A DNA stretch of 63,538 nucleotides, counting the filler, from Octopus bimaculoides (lineage: Eukaryota): NCBI RefSeq assembly GCF_001194135.2. It is 6 parts of 6 records of this genome, joined end to end, with 100 filler letters (N's around TTAATTAATTAA, not from the genome) between each part and the next. Parts side by side here need not be neighbours in the genome. Positions count along the whole stretch, not along the records: positions 1 to 27,228 come from NC_068982.1; positions 27,329 to 30,761 come from NW_026309346.1; positions 30,862 to 40,985 come from NC_068981.1; 3 more parts are not named here. The stretch is one strand, 5' to 3'. The translations under genes were made by a program, and so were the position numbers. The number at the start of each line of letters is the position of its first letter. Within the stretch, counting starts at the first letter, position 1. The notes below the pieces were generated by a model. It was given only the letters and a program-made list of their open reading frames with translations, was not told the DNA's origin and made no database searches. Below are positions 25,021-36,492 of the stretch, in pieces.

Positions 25021-26299
25021 AAGCAGCTACTGAAATGATGTAAGTAAATGGATGGACAGATGAAGACTTCAAACTGTGTTGTCTAAGTGGTAGCAATAAT
25101 AGCCTGTTCCTGTAGTACCATAGGTAGCATTTTGTGGGAATAAAGACCGTCTGGAATGCACTATGCGAAAATATGCTAAAATATCTTAAATCCTGAGCAA
25201 CTATTCACGTATTTTCTTTTAGTTTCGGTATCAAATTCTTCCTTTTAAGCATAGAGGAAACCCATACAAATATTCTTCGGCTATTGATTACAAACCGAAA
25301 TATCGCATGTACATTAACCTAATAATTTATGGTCTCTAAGACCCAACTACTTTAGTTAGAGACCAACCATGTCAACAACACAACATCATGTGACCCCACC
25401 ACGTTTGCTTGAGACCATGTCCTTAATGTGACCTTGCATGCCCAGACGCTGCATGCAGAATTGTTTTCATTTGAGAGCTGAGTTGTCTTCACAATGGTCA
25501 CATGCTGTTTACATGAAGAAGTGCACAGTTGAGCCATGACTATTGATTCCAAACCGAAATATTGCATGACAGTGTTGTTCTCAAGCACTTCCTTGCCAAT
25601 CCATACTCCTTTACCACATCATTTCTTTCATGTAGGTTTCTCTCATGTGGTGCTGTTGAGCACGCCCACAGGCTTAATTCATCACATAGACGTGGTTCCT
25701 ATATCTGCAGATTGTTCATCGTGGTAGTGGCAGTGCCGACAGGCGCAAAAGAGAGTATGTCAATGGAGAGCGTTTTGGAGCCTTCAGAAATCATATATCT
25801 GCCACCCACTTTTCCATGACAAGGTTAGGGCCTGGAATCTTCCAAACAGACACATGTCATGTCACTTAGTCGAATTAGCCCTTCATTTACTCCACAAATG
25901 TTGTGTCATCAATACTGCACTTCCTTGTATCATATGTTTCAACTTAACTGTACCATATATACAAACTATGCCATTTAGATCCCGACCAATGCTGGGTATG
26001 TCTGCTAGTATATATATATATATATATATGCATGTATACACTTAAGAAGAGAAGGCAGAATTAAAATTTTCAGACGGTTAACAACCAAGTATAAATATGT
26101 ATATATTTTTTAATGGAGCAAACTTACTTAGATTACATAGATTCAAAGAATTAGTGTGGAAAAGGTGTTACAAGTCTGACAGCTGTTTCTGAGTGATCAG
26201 AGTTACTTCATATGTATACACATATATATATTTTGTACATTAAAACCCAAGGTTTTGCCTAGTTTCTCTCAATCTCATATGATATTACACATATGTATA

Positions 26300-26880
26300 A
26301 AATTGGAAATATTGGAGTCAAGAAGAAGGAGTGCGGTTGGAAATTTTTTGATTATTCACAACAATTATTTCGATACAATGTAATTCTCCAAGAATACAGT
26401 TATTTGATTATACAACTGTTCGTCTGCTTAATGAGATATAGTTGTGTTTTCTCAGGCGATATAGGAGTGTTGTTTCTGTTAGTTTAAGATTGTCGACTTC
26501 AAGGCTATCTTCCCTGTTCACTGTTGTTTGAATTTAGTTGCGGCTGATAGACTCATGGTATTTGCTATGAGAGCATGTTTGTTGCACCCATAGCAGTCTG
26601 CCAAATATGCTCTTGCGGCAAATACCATGGGCCTGTCAGCCACTACTAAATTCAAACCATGACGAACAGAGAAGATGATCTTGAAGTTGACGATTTTAAA
26701 CTAACAGAGACAACACTCATATATCGCTTGAGGAAACACAACTAGATCTCATTGTGCAAACAAACAGTTGCATAATCACATACCTGTATTCTTGGAGAAC
26801 TACGTTGTATCGAAACAATTGTAGCAAATAATAAATAAATGCCCAACCGTACACCTTCTTGACTCCAATTCCTTCAATTT
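26300..26880. repeat. Long inverted repeat: two ~280-bp arms with a ~20-nt loop
   Basis: Left arm 26300-26581 and right arm 26602-26880 align as reverse complements along their length (e.g. TTCTCCAAGAATACAG / CTGTATTCTTGGAGAA; CATGGTATTTGC / GCAAATACCATG); about four in five positions identical by eye. Confidence 0.92.
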
Positions 26881-27228
26881 TACATTTACACATGATGAAT
26901 GCCCAAACTTAAGCTTGGAAGTATATAATATCGCCGATAGTATTGAGTAATTCTGAAGGTGGATGAGCTTTATACTGTACGCTACCATGTTCCTAACGGA
27001 CAAGAGTAAACAAGAGAGGCAGAAACAGGCAGAAACAAGGAAAATGCCACTTGTATTTGAATACTATGCAAATATTCTTTTAAAAAACTTTTAAATTTTT
27101 CCAAAATTTAATTGTTTTCCGTACTTACTGTTGAAAAAGTTTCAATGACTGAAACTGGTACTGAAATGTTTTATTTAAAATTATTTTAGCATTTTCTACC
27201 TTGACTTTTTTTTCCATATATATATATA

Positions 27229-27328
27229 NNNNNNNNNNNNNNNNNNNNNNNNNNNNNNNNNNNNNNNNNNNNTTAATTAATTAANNNNNNNNNNNNNNNN
27301 NNNNNNNNNNNNNNNNNNNNNNNNNNNN
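27229..27328. other. Assembly gap spacer N44-TTAATTAATTAA-N44
   Basis: The identical 12-mer sits inside N runs at 27273, 30806, 41030, 58228 and 61131; it carries stop codons in all six frames. Confidence 0.9.
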
Positions 27329-27376
<48 letters not shown>

Positions 27377-27479
27377 TATATACACACATGCATGTAACTA
27401 TACATACATACACACATATATATACATATATGTATGCATGTATGCATTGCGTATATATGCACATATGTACATATGTAGA

Positions 27480-28215
27480 GGAACATGACTATTCGAACCC
27501 TCTTTATAAGGGAGATAACGAAAGTTGTCCTTGAAAGCGTGCCTTGCCTGCACGCTACCCCTATTCTAAGCGAGACAAGCCTTCCTTTAATTTCTCTTCT
27601 CTTCGACATAATTGTTTTTATTTTTTCCGTACTTTCATTTTCATTTTCATTTTCATTTTGATTTTTTTGTTCTATTTGACGTACGCACAAAACCGGTCGG
27701 TCTCTCTTTAAGTTCGTTGTGAGAAAGCCCTCTATATTGCAAGGTTCGCTCGAAGCATCCCTAAATTTAGTAGCGGGGTTTCAAGAGGAGGAAGTTCACA
27801 CACTTCGCATGCATCTATGCACCTAGACGAAAGAACGCGCATGGAAATTTACTGTTCGCATAATCGTGCGTGCACACAGGTAGAGACGAACGGGCATGTG
27901 CATACAGGATTGGGCGCACGGGCACCCAAGCACATATGCACACACATATGTGTATGCGTATAGACATATATATTACATATACAGATGTATGTATGTATGT
28001 ATGTATATGTATATATATATTACACACTAGCTTCCTGATAAAATTCTTGTAAAAGATTTTTATATATATATGTATGTATATATATATATGTATGTATATA
28101 TGTATGCATGTATGTTTGTCTGTATGCATGTGTGTGCATGTATGTATGTATATATGTATATATATATAGATAGACAGATATATATATATATGCATAGCTG
28201 TATGTCTGAGTGTTT

Positions 28216-28251
<36 letters not shown>

Positions 28252-28900
28252 TTATCTTTCATTTAATTTGTTTATTATATATAATTCATACAATACACAC
28301 ACACATATACACACACACATGTAGTCATACAAACACATATATGCATAGATGCACTTATGTGCATACATGCACACTTCGCACTTTTTTACAGAAAATCTAC
28401 AGTCTCGCACGGACGCATCATGTCGCAGAAGAGACCAGCATCACGGAGCCCCCATGTGGGAAGCAAGCTTCTTCACAAGGGACAGAGCGATATATAGATG
28501 TAGAGAGAGAGAGAGGGGGGGATAGAAATAGAGAGGATGGAGAGAAATGGCGCGAGTAAAGAAGAGCTGTAATAAAGCTGGCTTCGTCCGCACATCCATA
28601 GAACGAAAAGCCAACAATAGCTGCCACTCGCTCGTACGACAGCCTTCAAAATCTGCCGTCCAATTAACTGGCATGCCTCTTTAAAGGGCCGTTGCGATTG
28701 TAATATAATTAGGTGGCGGGGGAATGAAAGGGAGAAGAGAAGGGGACGAAGTTCTCATCCCCCAAATCCATCCCCCGCCGCCACCAATTCAACAGTAACA
28801 GCCGCCATTTTCCTAGCCCTCCGTCTTCACACGTTATTCCTAAGTTACGATTGACCAGTGGCCCTAACTGCCAGATCTCTCTACACATATTGTTCAGTTT
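27480..28900. promoter_or_regulatory. CpG-rich, non-TE regulatory island (probable promoter region)
   Basis: Abrupt rise in CpG and GC content; YY1-like GCCGCCATTTT at 28801-28811 and AAATGGCG at about 28545; GGAAGT and CGCATGC motifs; lies at the CpG-decay boundary. Confidence 0.55.
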
Positions 28901-29965
28901 TAGGGTCTAATTATTGCTTGTATTGTTGTTGTTATTGTTGTTCATGTTGTTATTGATATTGTCTGTTTCGTATTTTTTTTTTTTAATTTTGACATATTTA
29001 TTTGTTTCTTCATTAGACGCAGACATGGCTGTGTGGTTAGGAAACTTGCTTCCCGTTTCAGGTTCAGTTCCGCAGTGTGCGCTAATTTGGGAACACTCAT
29101 AACGTGTCTTCCCAAGTTAGGCTCGCGGCTACCAATTCGGGAAATAGTGTAAAAGTTTATCATATGTGTGTGTATATATATATATATNNNNNNNNNNNNN
29201 NNNNNNNNNNNNNNNNNNNNNNNNNNNNNNNNNNNNNNNNNNNNNNNNNNNNNNNNNNNNNNNNNNNNNNNNNNNNNNNNNNNNNNNNNNNNNNNNNNNN
29301 NNNNNNNNNNNNNNNNNNNNNNNNNNNNNNNNNNNNNNNNNNNNNNNNNNNNNNNNNNNNNNNNNNNNNNNNNNNNNNNNNNNNNNNNNNNNNNNNNNNN
29401 NNNNNNNNNNNNNNNNNNNNNNNNNNNNNNNNNNNNNNNNNNNNNNNNNNNNNNNNNNNNNNNNNNNNNNNNNNNNNNNNNNNNNNNNNNNNNNNNNNNN
29501 NNNNNNNNNNNNNNNNNNNNNNNNNNNNNNNNNNNNNNNNNNNNNNNNNNNNNNNNNNNNNNNNNNNNNNNNNNNNNNNNNNNNNNNNNNNNNNNNNNNN
29601 NNNNNNNNNNNNNNNNNNNNNNNNNNNNNNNNNNNNNNNNNNNNNNNNNNNNNNNNNNNNNNNNNNNNNNNNNNNNNNNNNNNNNNNNNNNNNNNNNNNN
29701 NNNNNNNNNNNNNNNNNNNNNNNNNNNNNNNNNNNNNNNNNNNNNNNNNNNNNNNNNNNNNNNNNNNNNNNNNNNNNNNNNNNNNNNNNNNNNNNNNNNN
29801 NNNNNNNNNNNNNNNNNNNNNNNNNNNNNNNNNNNNNNNNNNNNNNNNNNNNNNNNNNNNNNNNNNNNNNNNNNNNNNNNNNNNNNNNNNNNNNNNNNNN
29901 NNNNNNNNNNNNNNNNNNNNNNNNNNNNNNNNNNNNNNNNNNNNNNNNNNNNNNNNNNNNNNNTG

Positions 29966-30170
29966 GGAGAATTTACGAAAAAAAACAACAACAGACGAGG
30001 ACAGGTGGTGTAAGCAACAAAAGGATGTATTAGTTTCACGCTCGGGAATAGAGAAAGTCTTTAACGTTTCGAGCTACGCTCTTCAACAGAAAGAATAAGG
30101 AGAAAAACAAGGAGAAAAGCACGGAGAAAAATAATTTGAATGTTGTGCCATATTTTCAGGAAAACCTTGC
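29966..30170 (-). mobile_element. Penelope-like terminal repeat fragment (second copy)
   Basis: Reverse complement reads TTCTTTCTGTTGAAGAGCGTAGCTCGAAACGTTAAAGACTTTCTC..., homologous to 13415-13605. Confidence 0.5.
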
Positions 30171-31256
30171 GTTGACCCGCATATTAAATTTTACTTGATG
30201 GCCATATCTACTGGATAAACAAACCGTCGGCCGAAGCTTAAAGTCCCAGTGGACATGAGGTTTTCAATACATACAGATATCTTAATATGAGTAACTGTAT
30301 TCCTACATCGAGTAATAATTCTTCTATTTTGGTTGTGATATTCAAAATATCAATATCTTCCTTCGAAAAATGTAGAAATTTTTTTTATCACTTCTCAACT
30401 TTTCGGTTCTTTGCTAAACTTATAATACAATGATGTCTGAAAAACTCTATATTCAAAAGCATCAGTCCTACCGACTGCTTGTGAGTATAATACCCCGGGT
30501 TTCATTGCAAAGCAATATTATAAAAAATATATTCAACATCGAAAAATACAAAACAGTATATTGATTAGTTATAATCCATATATACAACGAAATCTCGGTG
30601 TTTGTGTGTGTGTGTTTATGACTTTCAGTGTGTTTTGTGCTAATATACATAAATACGTATATACATACAAATGTGTGTGTGTGTGTGTGTGTGTGTGAGT
30701 GTGTGTGTGTGAGTGTGTGTGTGTGTGTGAGTGTGTGTGTGTGTGTGTGTGAGTGTGTGTGNNNNNNNNNNNNNNNNNNNNNNNNNNNNNNNNNNNNNNN
30801 NNNNNTTAATTAATTAANNNNNNNNNNNNNNNNNNNNNNNNNNNNNNNNNNNNNNNNNNNNTATATATATATATATATATATGCGTGTGTGTTTAATAGG
30901 CAGAAATTATTACAAAAAGCTGAGAGTTTCCTGCATACATTTATCAAATTGCCTATAAATTAAGAGAGCTTCTATTTATAACGATAAATGATAAATGATG
31001 AAATGATGATAAATATTACAATATCTCGATTGTTCTAGATAAAATAGGAAAAAAAAAAAAAAAAGGAATAAGTTAATAAAACAAGCATCAGTCATGTACT
31101 GGGATTGATGTAATCGACTCCTCGCTCCCTCAATATTTCATATTTGTGCTTCTTGTGGAAAGGAGTCCATAAAATTAGTACCAGTTAAATACTGGTGTCG
31201 ATGTAATCGACTTACCCCAACTCCCGAAATTGCTGGCCTTGTGCCAAAACATTGAA

Positions 31257-31307
<51 letters not shown>

Positions 31308-31310
<3 letters not shown>

Positions 31311-31440
31311 TTATGTTTGACTTTTGCTTTACATTTGTATAAGTTGGATCCAAGTCTCACCCAGAGACCTCAAGAGACAACAAGTAAGAAGTTCATGTAG
31401 GTGTTATGCCTAGGGTACCATATATTTGGATTCGTACATA
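31308..31440 (-). mobile_element. 3' UTR fragment of the Dong-type family at 19540-19940, with (AAT)n tail at 31259-31308
   Basis: Reverse complement matches 19810-19940. Confidence 0.8.
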
Positions 31441-31464
31441 GTGTTGTTGTCATTATCATTGTTA

Positions 31465-31685
31465 AAGAAGTCGGCGAGCCGGCAATCTTTAGCATGCTGG
31501 GCGAAATTCTTAGCGGTATTTCATCTGCCGTTACGTTCTGAGTTCAAATTCCGCCGAGGTCGACTTTGCCTTTTATCCTTTCGGGGTCGATAAATTAAGA
31601 ATCAGTGAAAAACTGGGATCGATGTAATCGACTAGCCCCCTCCTCCAAAATTTCAGGTCTTGTGCCTTTAGTAGAAAAGGTAATC
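31465..31685 (+). mobile_element. SINE family D
   Basis: Same head and core as 45962-46197. Confidence 0.8.
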
Positions 31686-31779
31686 ATAATTTTGAAATTT
31701 TATTCTTTCGCCATAACACTTGTTTATCGCTATTGGCTGTTGAACATTGTGTAAATTTTACCTCTTTTCAGATGTATGT

Positions 31780-32162
31780 GTGGAGGCGCAATGGCCCAGT
31801 GGTTAGGGCAGCGAACTCGCGGTCATAGGATCGCGGTTTCGATTCCCAGACCGGGCGTTGTGAGTGTTTATTGAGCGAAAACACCTAAAGCTCCACGAGG
31901 CTCCGGCAGGGGATGGTGGCGAACCCTGCTGTACTCTTTCACCACAACTTTCTCTCACTCTTACTTCCTGTTTCTGTTGTGCCTGTAATTCAAAGGGTCA
32001 GCCTTGTCACACTGTGTCACACTGAATATCCCCGAGAACTACGTTAAGGGTACACGTGTCTGTGGAGTGCTCAGCCACATGCACGTTAATTTCACGAGCA
32101 GGCTGTTTCGTTGATCAGATCAACTGGAACCCTCGACGTCGTAAGCGACGGAGTGCCAACAA
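31780..32162 (+). mobile_element. Full-length tRNA-derived SINE (family A) with 11-bp TSD
   Basis: A box TGGCCCAGTGG, B box GGTTTCGATTCC, (CAA)n tail; TSD CAGATGTATGT at 31769-31779 and 32163-32173. Confidence 0.9.
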
Positions 32163-33262
32163 CAGATGTATGTCGAAAGAGTGCTGAGTTGAACCCCACC
32201 GCACCAAAGAAGAAAACATAAACAAAACAAAAGAAACAAAAACAAAACCAAAAATAGCAAAAAAAAACAAATACAAAAGCAACCTCAATCCCGCAAAAAA
32301 AAAAGAAAAAAGATATAAATTGGAAAAAAGAGAACGAATTTATCTGACACCCCAATAGTTCGGATGTTTATGTGTTGTTGATTGAAGGAACAATGATCAA
32401 AGCCTTTGGTGTTCTCTGAAAACTCTTTTCTGCAGACATTTTGTCTCTAGTTAAAAAAAAGAAAACAAAAAAAAAAACTGAAAAATACTTGAACACCAAC
32501 CAGGCTGACCTCCACAGTTCGCGTGTACGGAGATGAGGAGAGTGGGGTGGGGGAGGAAGAGGTTTAAGGAAATCCGCAAAAATCTAAAAATATCACAGGT
32601 GAAAATCTCTNNNNNNNNNNNNNNNNNNNNNNNNNNNNNNNNNNNNNNNNNNNNNNNNNNNNNNNNNNNNNNNNNNNNNNNNNNNNNNNNNNNNNNNNNN
32701 NNNNNNNNNNNNNNNNNNNNNNNNNNNNNNNNNNNNNNNNNNNNNNNNNNNNNNNNNNNNNNNNNNNNNNNNNNNNNNNNNNNNNNNNNNNNNNNNNNNN
32801 NNNNNNNNNNNNNNNNNNNNNNNNNNNNNNNNNNNNNNNNNNNNNNNNNNNNNNNNNNNNNNNNNNNNNNNNNNNNNNNNNNNNNNNNNNNNNNNNNNNN
32901 NNNNNNNNNNNNNNNNNNNNNNNNNNNNNNNNNNNNNNNNNNNNNNNNNNNNNNNCTCAATAATGGTTAACTGTAGCTTATTCTATCGACTCCGAAAGGA
33001 TGAAAGGCAAAGATGGCCTCGGCAGAATTTGAACTCAGAACGTAAAGACGGTGCTAACGATTCCTTCGCTACACCTCAATAATCCTTTCTTATATAGGCA
33101 CAAGGCCCAATAATAATAATAATAATCAAATGAAATTTAAATGTTGAAGTGAAACTGGTACTACTTAAATACAGAAGTCTCTTAACAGTACTTCTTTAAA
33201 TACGGGTGTTACGTACAAAACATTTTAAATGTACGCATTGTGGACGTGTAATGACACCCTAG

Positions 33263-33332
33263 TGGAGGCGCAATGGCCCAGTGGTTAGGGCAGCGGAGTC
33301 GCGGTCATAGGATCGCGGTTTCGATTCCCAGA
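33263..33332 (+). mobile_element. Isolated tRNA head of SINE family A, fused to a Tc1 relic
   Basis: Nearly identical to 31781-31850, then switches directly to transposase sequence. Confidence 0.85.
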
Positions 33333-33333
33333 T

Positions 33334-34049
33334 TGCCGGATTTCACAGGAGGACTGCAATCAAAAAACCACTACTTTCGAAAACAAAACGTTGCAAAGTG
33401 TAAAAACTGGACTGGAGTAAAAACCTACAGAATTGATCCCTAGAGCAGTGGAAGGTTGTTATTTTCTCGGACGAGTCATCCTTTACCTTATTTCCCACCA
33501 CCGGCCGAGTATACGTGTGGAGACAGCCTAAAGAAGCATTTGACCCAGACTGCCTTCTTCCAACTGTTAAATATGGAGGAGGAACTGTGATGATCTGTGG
33601 GGCTATATCTTGGAAATCCGCCGGCCCAATGGTTCCCCTTCATGGCAGAATTAATAGTCAAGGCTATGTAAGCATTTTATCTGATGAAATTCATCCTATT
33701 GTTGCGGAACTGTTGCCGGAGGGAAACGCACTCTTTCAGGATAGTAATTCCCCAATTTACACGAGGAACATTCTAGTGACGTTGAACATCTTACCTGGCC
33801 ACCACATTCTGCAGATCTCAATATTATTAAACATTTATGGTGCATTTTTGAAAAACAAGTAAGGATTCGATATCCTCCACCATCACCACTACAAAAACTG
33901 GAGTCTGTTTTAGCTGAAGAATAGACAAAATTTCCTTTGGAAACAATTCAAACTTTGTACAAGTCCATACCTCATAGAATTCAAGCTGTAATTATTGCCA
34001 ATTATTGTTTGAAATTCCAAGGTGTTTCCATTATTTTGTCCAACCCCTG
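33334..34049 (+). mobile_element. Tc1-family transposase relic (DDE domain) with right TIR
   Basis: GFHRRTAIKKPLL...EQWKVVIFSDESSF...VWRQPKEAFDPDCLLPTVKYGGGTVMICGAISW...FQDSNSP, with frameshifts; TIR GGTGTTTCCATTATTTTGTCCAACCCCTG at 34021-34049. Confidence 0.9.
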
Positions 34050-34597
34050 TTAATGTATTTATGGAGAAAATATTGAAAAACATTAATACATGCGAAAGTG
34101 ATAAAGAAATGAGGAGGGATGCCTTTGGATATGCTAGAAACAACACCCAAAAGGTTCTTAAATCACTCACTTTTCCCTCTGAAAATATTAACAATTTAAA
34201 AAAGTTTTTACCGAAAATGCTCTTTCCATGGTTTTGAAATGCAAAACAAAATTAGCCTAAATAGGTCCGGAGTGGGATGATGAGGGAGGGGGTGTAAAAA
34301 AAAATAGAGCTTATAACACTTTTTTCATACAAAGATGCCTATCCAACTATCATTTCGAAAGTTGTGGTTTTAAAAAAAAATGAGGAAAATCCGAACGGTC
34401 TTTCTATTAATAGTAATAGTAGTACAAATTTAATGTCACTCTAACATTTTTCGGAATTCATTCAAATAAGTTGTTCTTATGAACCATACACCCGCGCATG
34501 ACCTTGTTGATAAAATGTGTCAATATATTAACGCTTTCACATTCTGCTTTATGTTTTTTATACTGTATCCTATTTTTATCTATCTATATCTTATATG

Positions 34598-34888
34598 GTG
34601 GAGGCGCAATGGCCCAGTGGTTAGGGCAGCGGACTCGCGGTCAGAGGATCGCGGTTTCGATTCCCAGACTGGGCGTTGTGAGTGTTTATTGAGCGAAAAC
34701 ACCTAAAGCTCCACGAGGCTCAGGCAGGGGATGGTGGCGAACCCTGCTGTACTCTTCCACCACAACTTTCTCTCACTCTTTCTTCCCGTTTCTGTTGTAC
34801 CTGTATTTCAAAGGGACAGCCTTGTCACATTGTGTCACGCTGAATATCTCCGAGAACTACGTTAAGGGTACACGTGTCTGTGGAGTGC
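34598..34888 (+). mobile_element. SINE family A (runs into an assembly gap)
   Basis: Highly similar to 31780-32162. Confidence 0.9.
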
Positions 34889-35676
34889 NNNNNNNNNNNN
34901 NNNNNNNNNNNNNNNNNNNNNNNNNNNNNNNNNNNNNNNNNNNNNNNNNNNNNNNNNNNNNNNNNNNNNNNNNNNNNNNNNNNNNNNNNNNNNNNNNNNN
35001 NNNNNNNNNNNNNNNNNNNNNNNNNNNNNNNNNNNNNNNNNNNNNNNNNNNNNNNNNNNNNNNNNNNNNNNNNNNNNNNNNNNNNNNNNNNNNNNNNNNN
35101 NNNNNNNNNNNNNNNNNNNNNNNNNNNNNNNNNNNNNNNNNNNNNNNNNNNNNNNNNNNNNNNNNNNNNNNNNNNNNNNNNNNNNNNNNNNNNNNNNNNN
35201 NNNNNNNNNNNNNNNNNNNNNNNNNNNNNNNNNNNNNNNNNNNNNNNNNNNNNNNNNNNNNNNNNNNNNNNNNNNNNNNNNNNNNNNNNNNNNNNNNNNN
35301 NNNNNNNNNNNNNNNNNNNNNNNNNNNNNNNNNNNNNNNNNNNNNNNNNNNNNNNNNNNNNNNNNNNNNNNNNNNNNNNNNNNNNNNNNNNNNNNNNNNN
35401 NNNNNNNNNNNNNNNNNNNNNNNNNNNNNNNNNNNNNNNNNNNNNNNNNNNNNNNNNNNNNNNNNNNNNNNNNNNNNNNNNNNNNNNNNNNNNNNNNNNN
35501 NNNNNNNNNNNNNNNNNNNNNNNNNNNNNNNNNNNNNNNNNNNNNNNNNNNNNNNNNNNNNNNNNNNNNNNNNNNNNNNNNNNNNNNNNNNNNNNNNNNN
35601 NNNNNNNNNNNNNNNNNNNNNNNNNNNNNNNNNNNNNNNNNNNNNNNNNNNNNNNNNNNNNNNNNNNNNNNNNNNN

Positions 35677-35719
<43 letters not shown>

Positions 35720-35721
35720 CA

Positions 35722-35890
35722 TTCATACGACATGCTTCTTTCAGTTTCCGTCTACCAAATCCACTCACAAGGCTTTGGTCGGCCCGAGGCTATAGTAGAA
35801 GACACTTGCCCAAGTTGCCACGCAGTGGGACTGAACCCGGAACCATGTGGTTCGCAAGCAAGCTACTTACCACACAGCCACTCCTGCGCC
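35722..35890 (-). mobile_element. SINE family B
   Basis: Reverse complement of the family B head and body. Confidence 0.85.
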
Positions 35891-36099
35891 TTGAAATTAT
35901 TTAGTAAATAATATCATCTCCATTACATATTCTTCAAGCCTGTTACTTATTTTATCGTTCTAAGTTGTTCATAAAAATATTAACCAGATAAATGAAAAGA
36001 TTCATGGATTATTTTACTGATTACAGGATAAACTATAACAGAGTCTTCGTTCAATTCATGTGTATCATATTTTATAGTCTATATATCGTATCTATATGT

Positions 36100-36492
36100 A
36101 TGAGCGACTGTGTAGTAAGTAGCTTGCTTACCAACCACATGGTCCCGGGTTCAGTCCCACTGCGTGGCACCTTGGGCAAGTGTCTTCTACTATAACCTCG
36201 GGCGGACCAAAGACTTGTGAATGGATTTGGTAGACGGAAACTGGAAGAAGCCTGTCGTATATGTATATATGTATATGTATGTGTGTGTATCTGTTTGTGT
36301 TTGTCCCCACCAACATCGCTTGACAACCGATGCTGGTGTGTTTACGTCTCCGTAACTTAGCGGTTCGGCAAAAAAAGAAACCGATAAAATAAGTACTAGG
36401 CTTACAATGAATAAGCTCTGGGGTCGATTTGCTCGACTAAAGGCGGTGCTCCAGTATGGCCGCAGTCAAATGACTGAAACGAGTAAAAGAGT
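36100..36492 (+). mobile_element. Composite SINE (B head + microsatellite + C tail)
   Basis: GGTAAGTAGCTTGCTTACCAACC...(TA/TG)n...CATCGCTTGACAACCGATGCTGG...GACTGAAACGAGTAAAAGAGTA. Confidence 0.85.

Noticed and set aside
27273-27284. TTAATTAATTAA repeated five times between N runs, superficially like a spaced repeat array
   Set aside because: Where counted, it is centred in 44 N on each side (100 bp total) and has stops in all six frames. This is a synthetic scaffolding spacer, not biology and not CRISPR.
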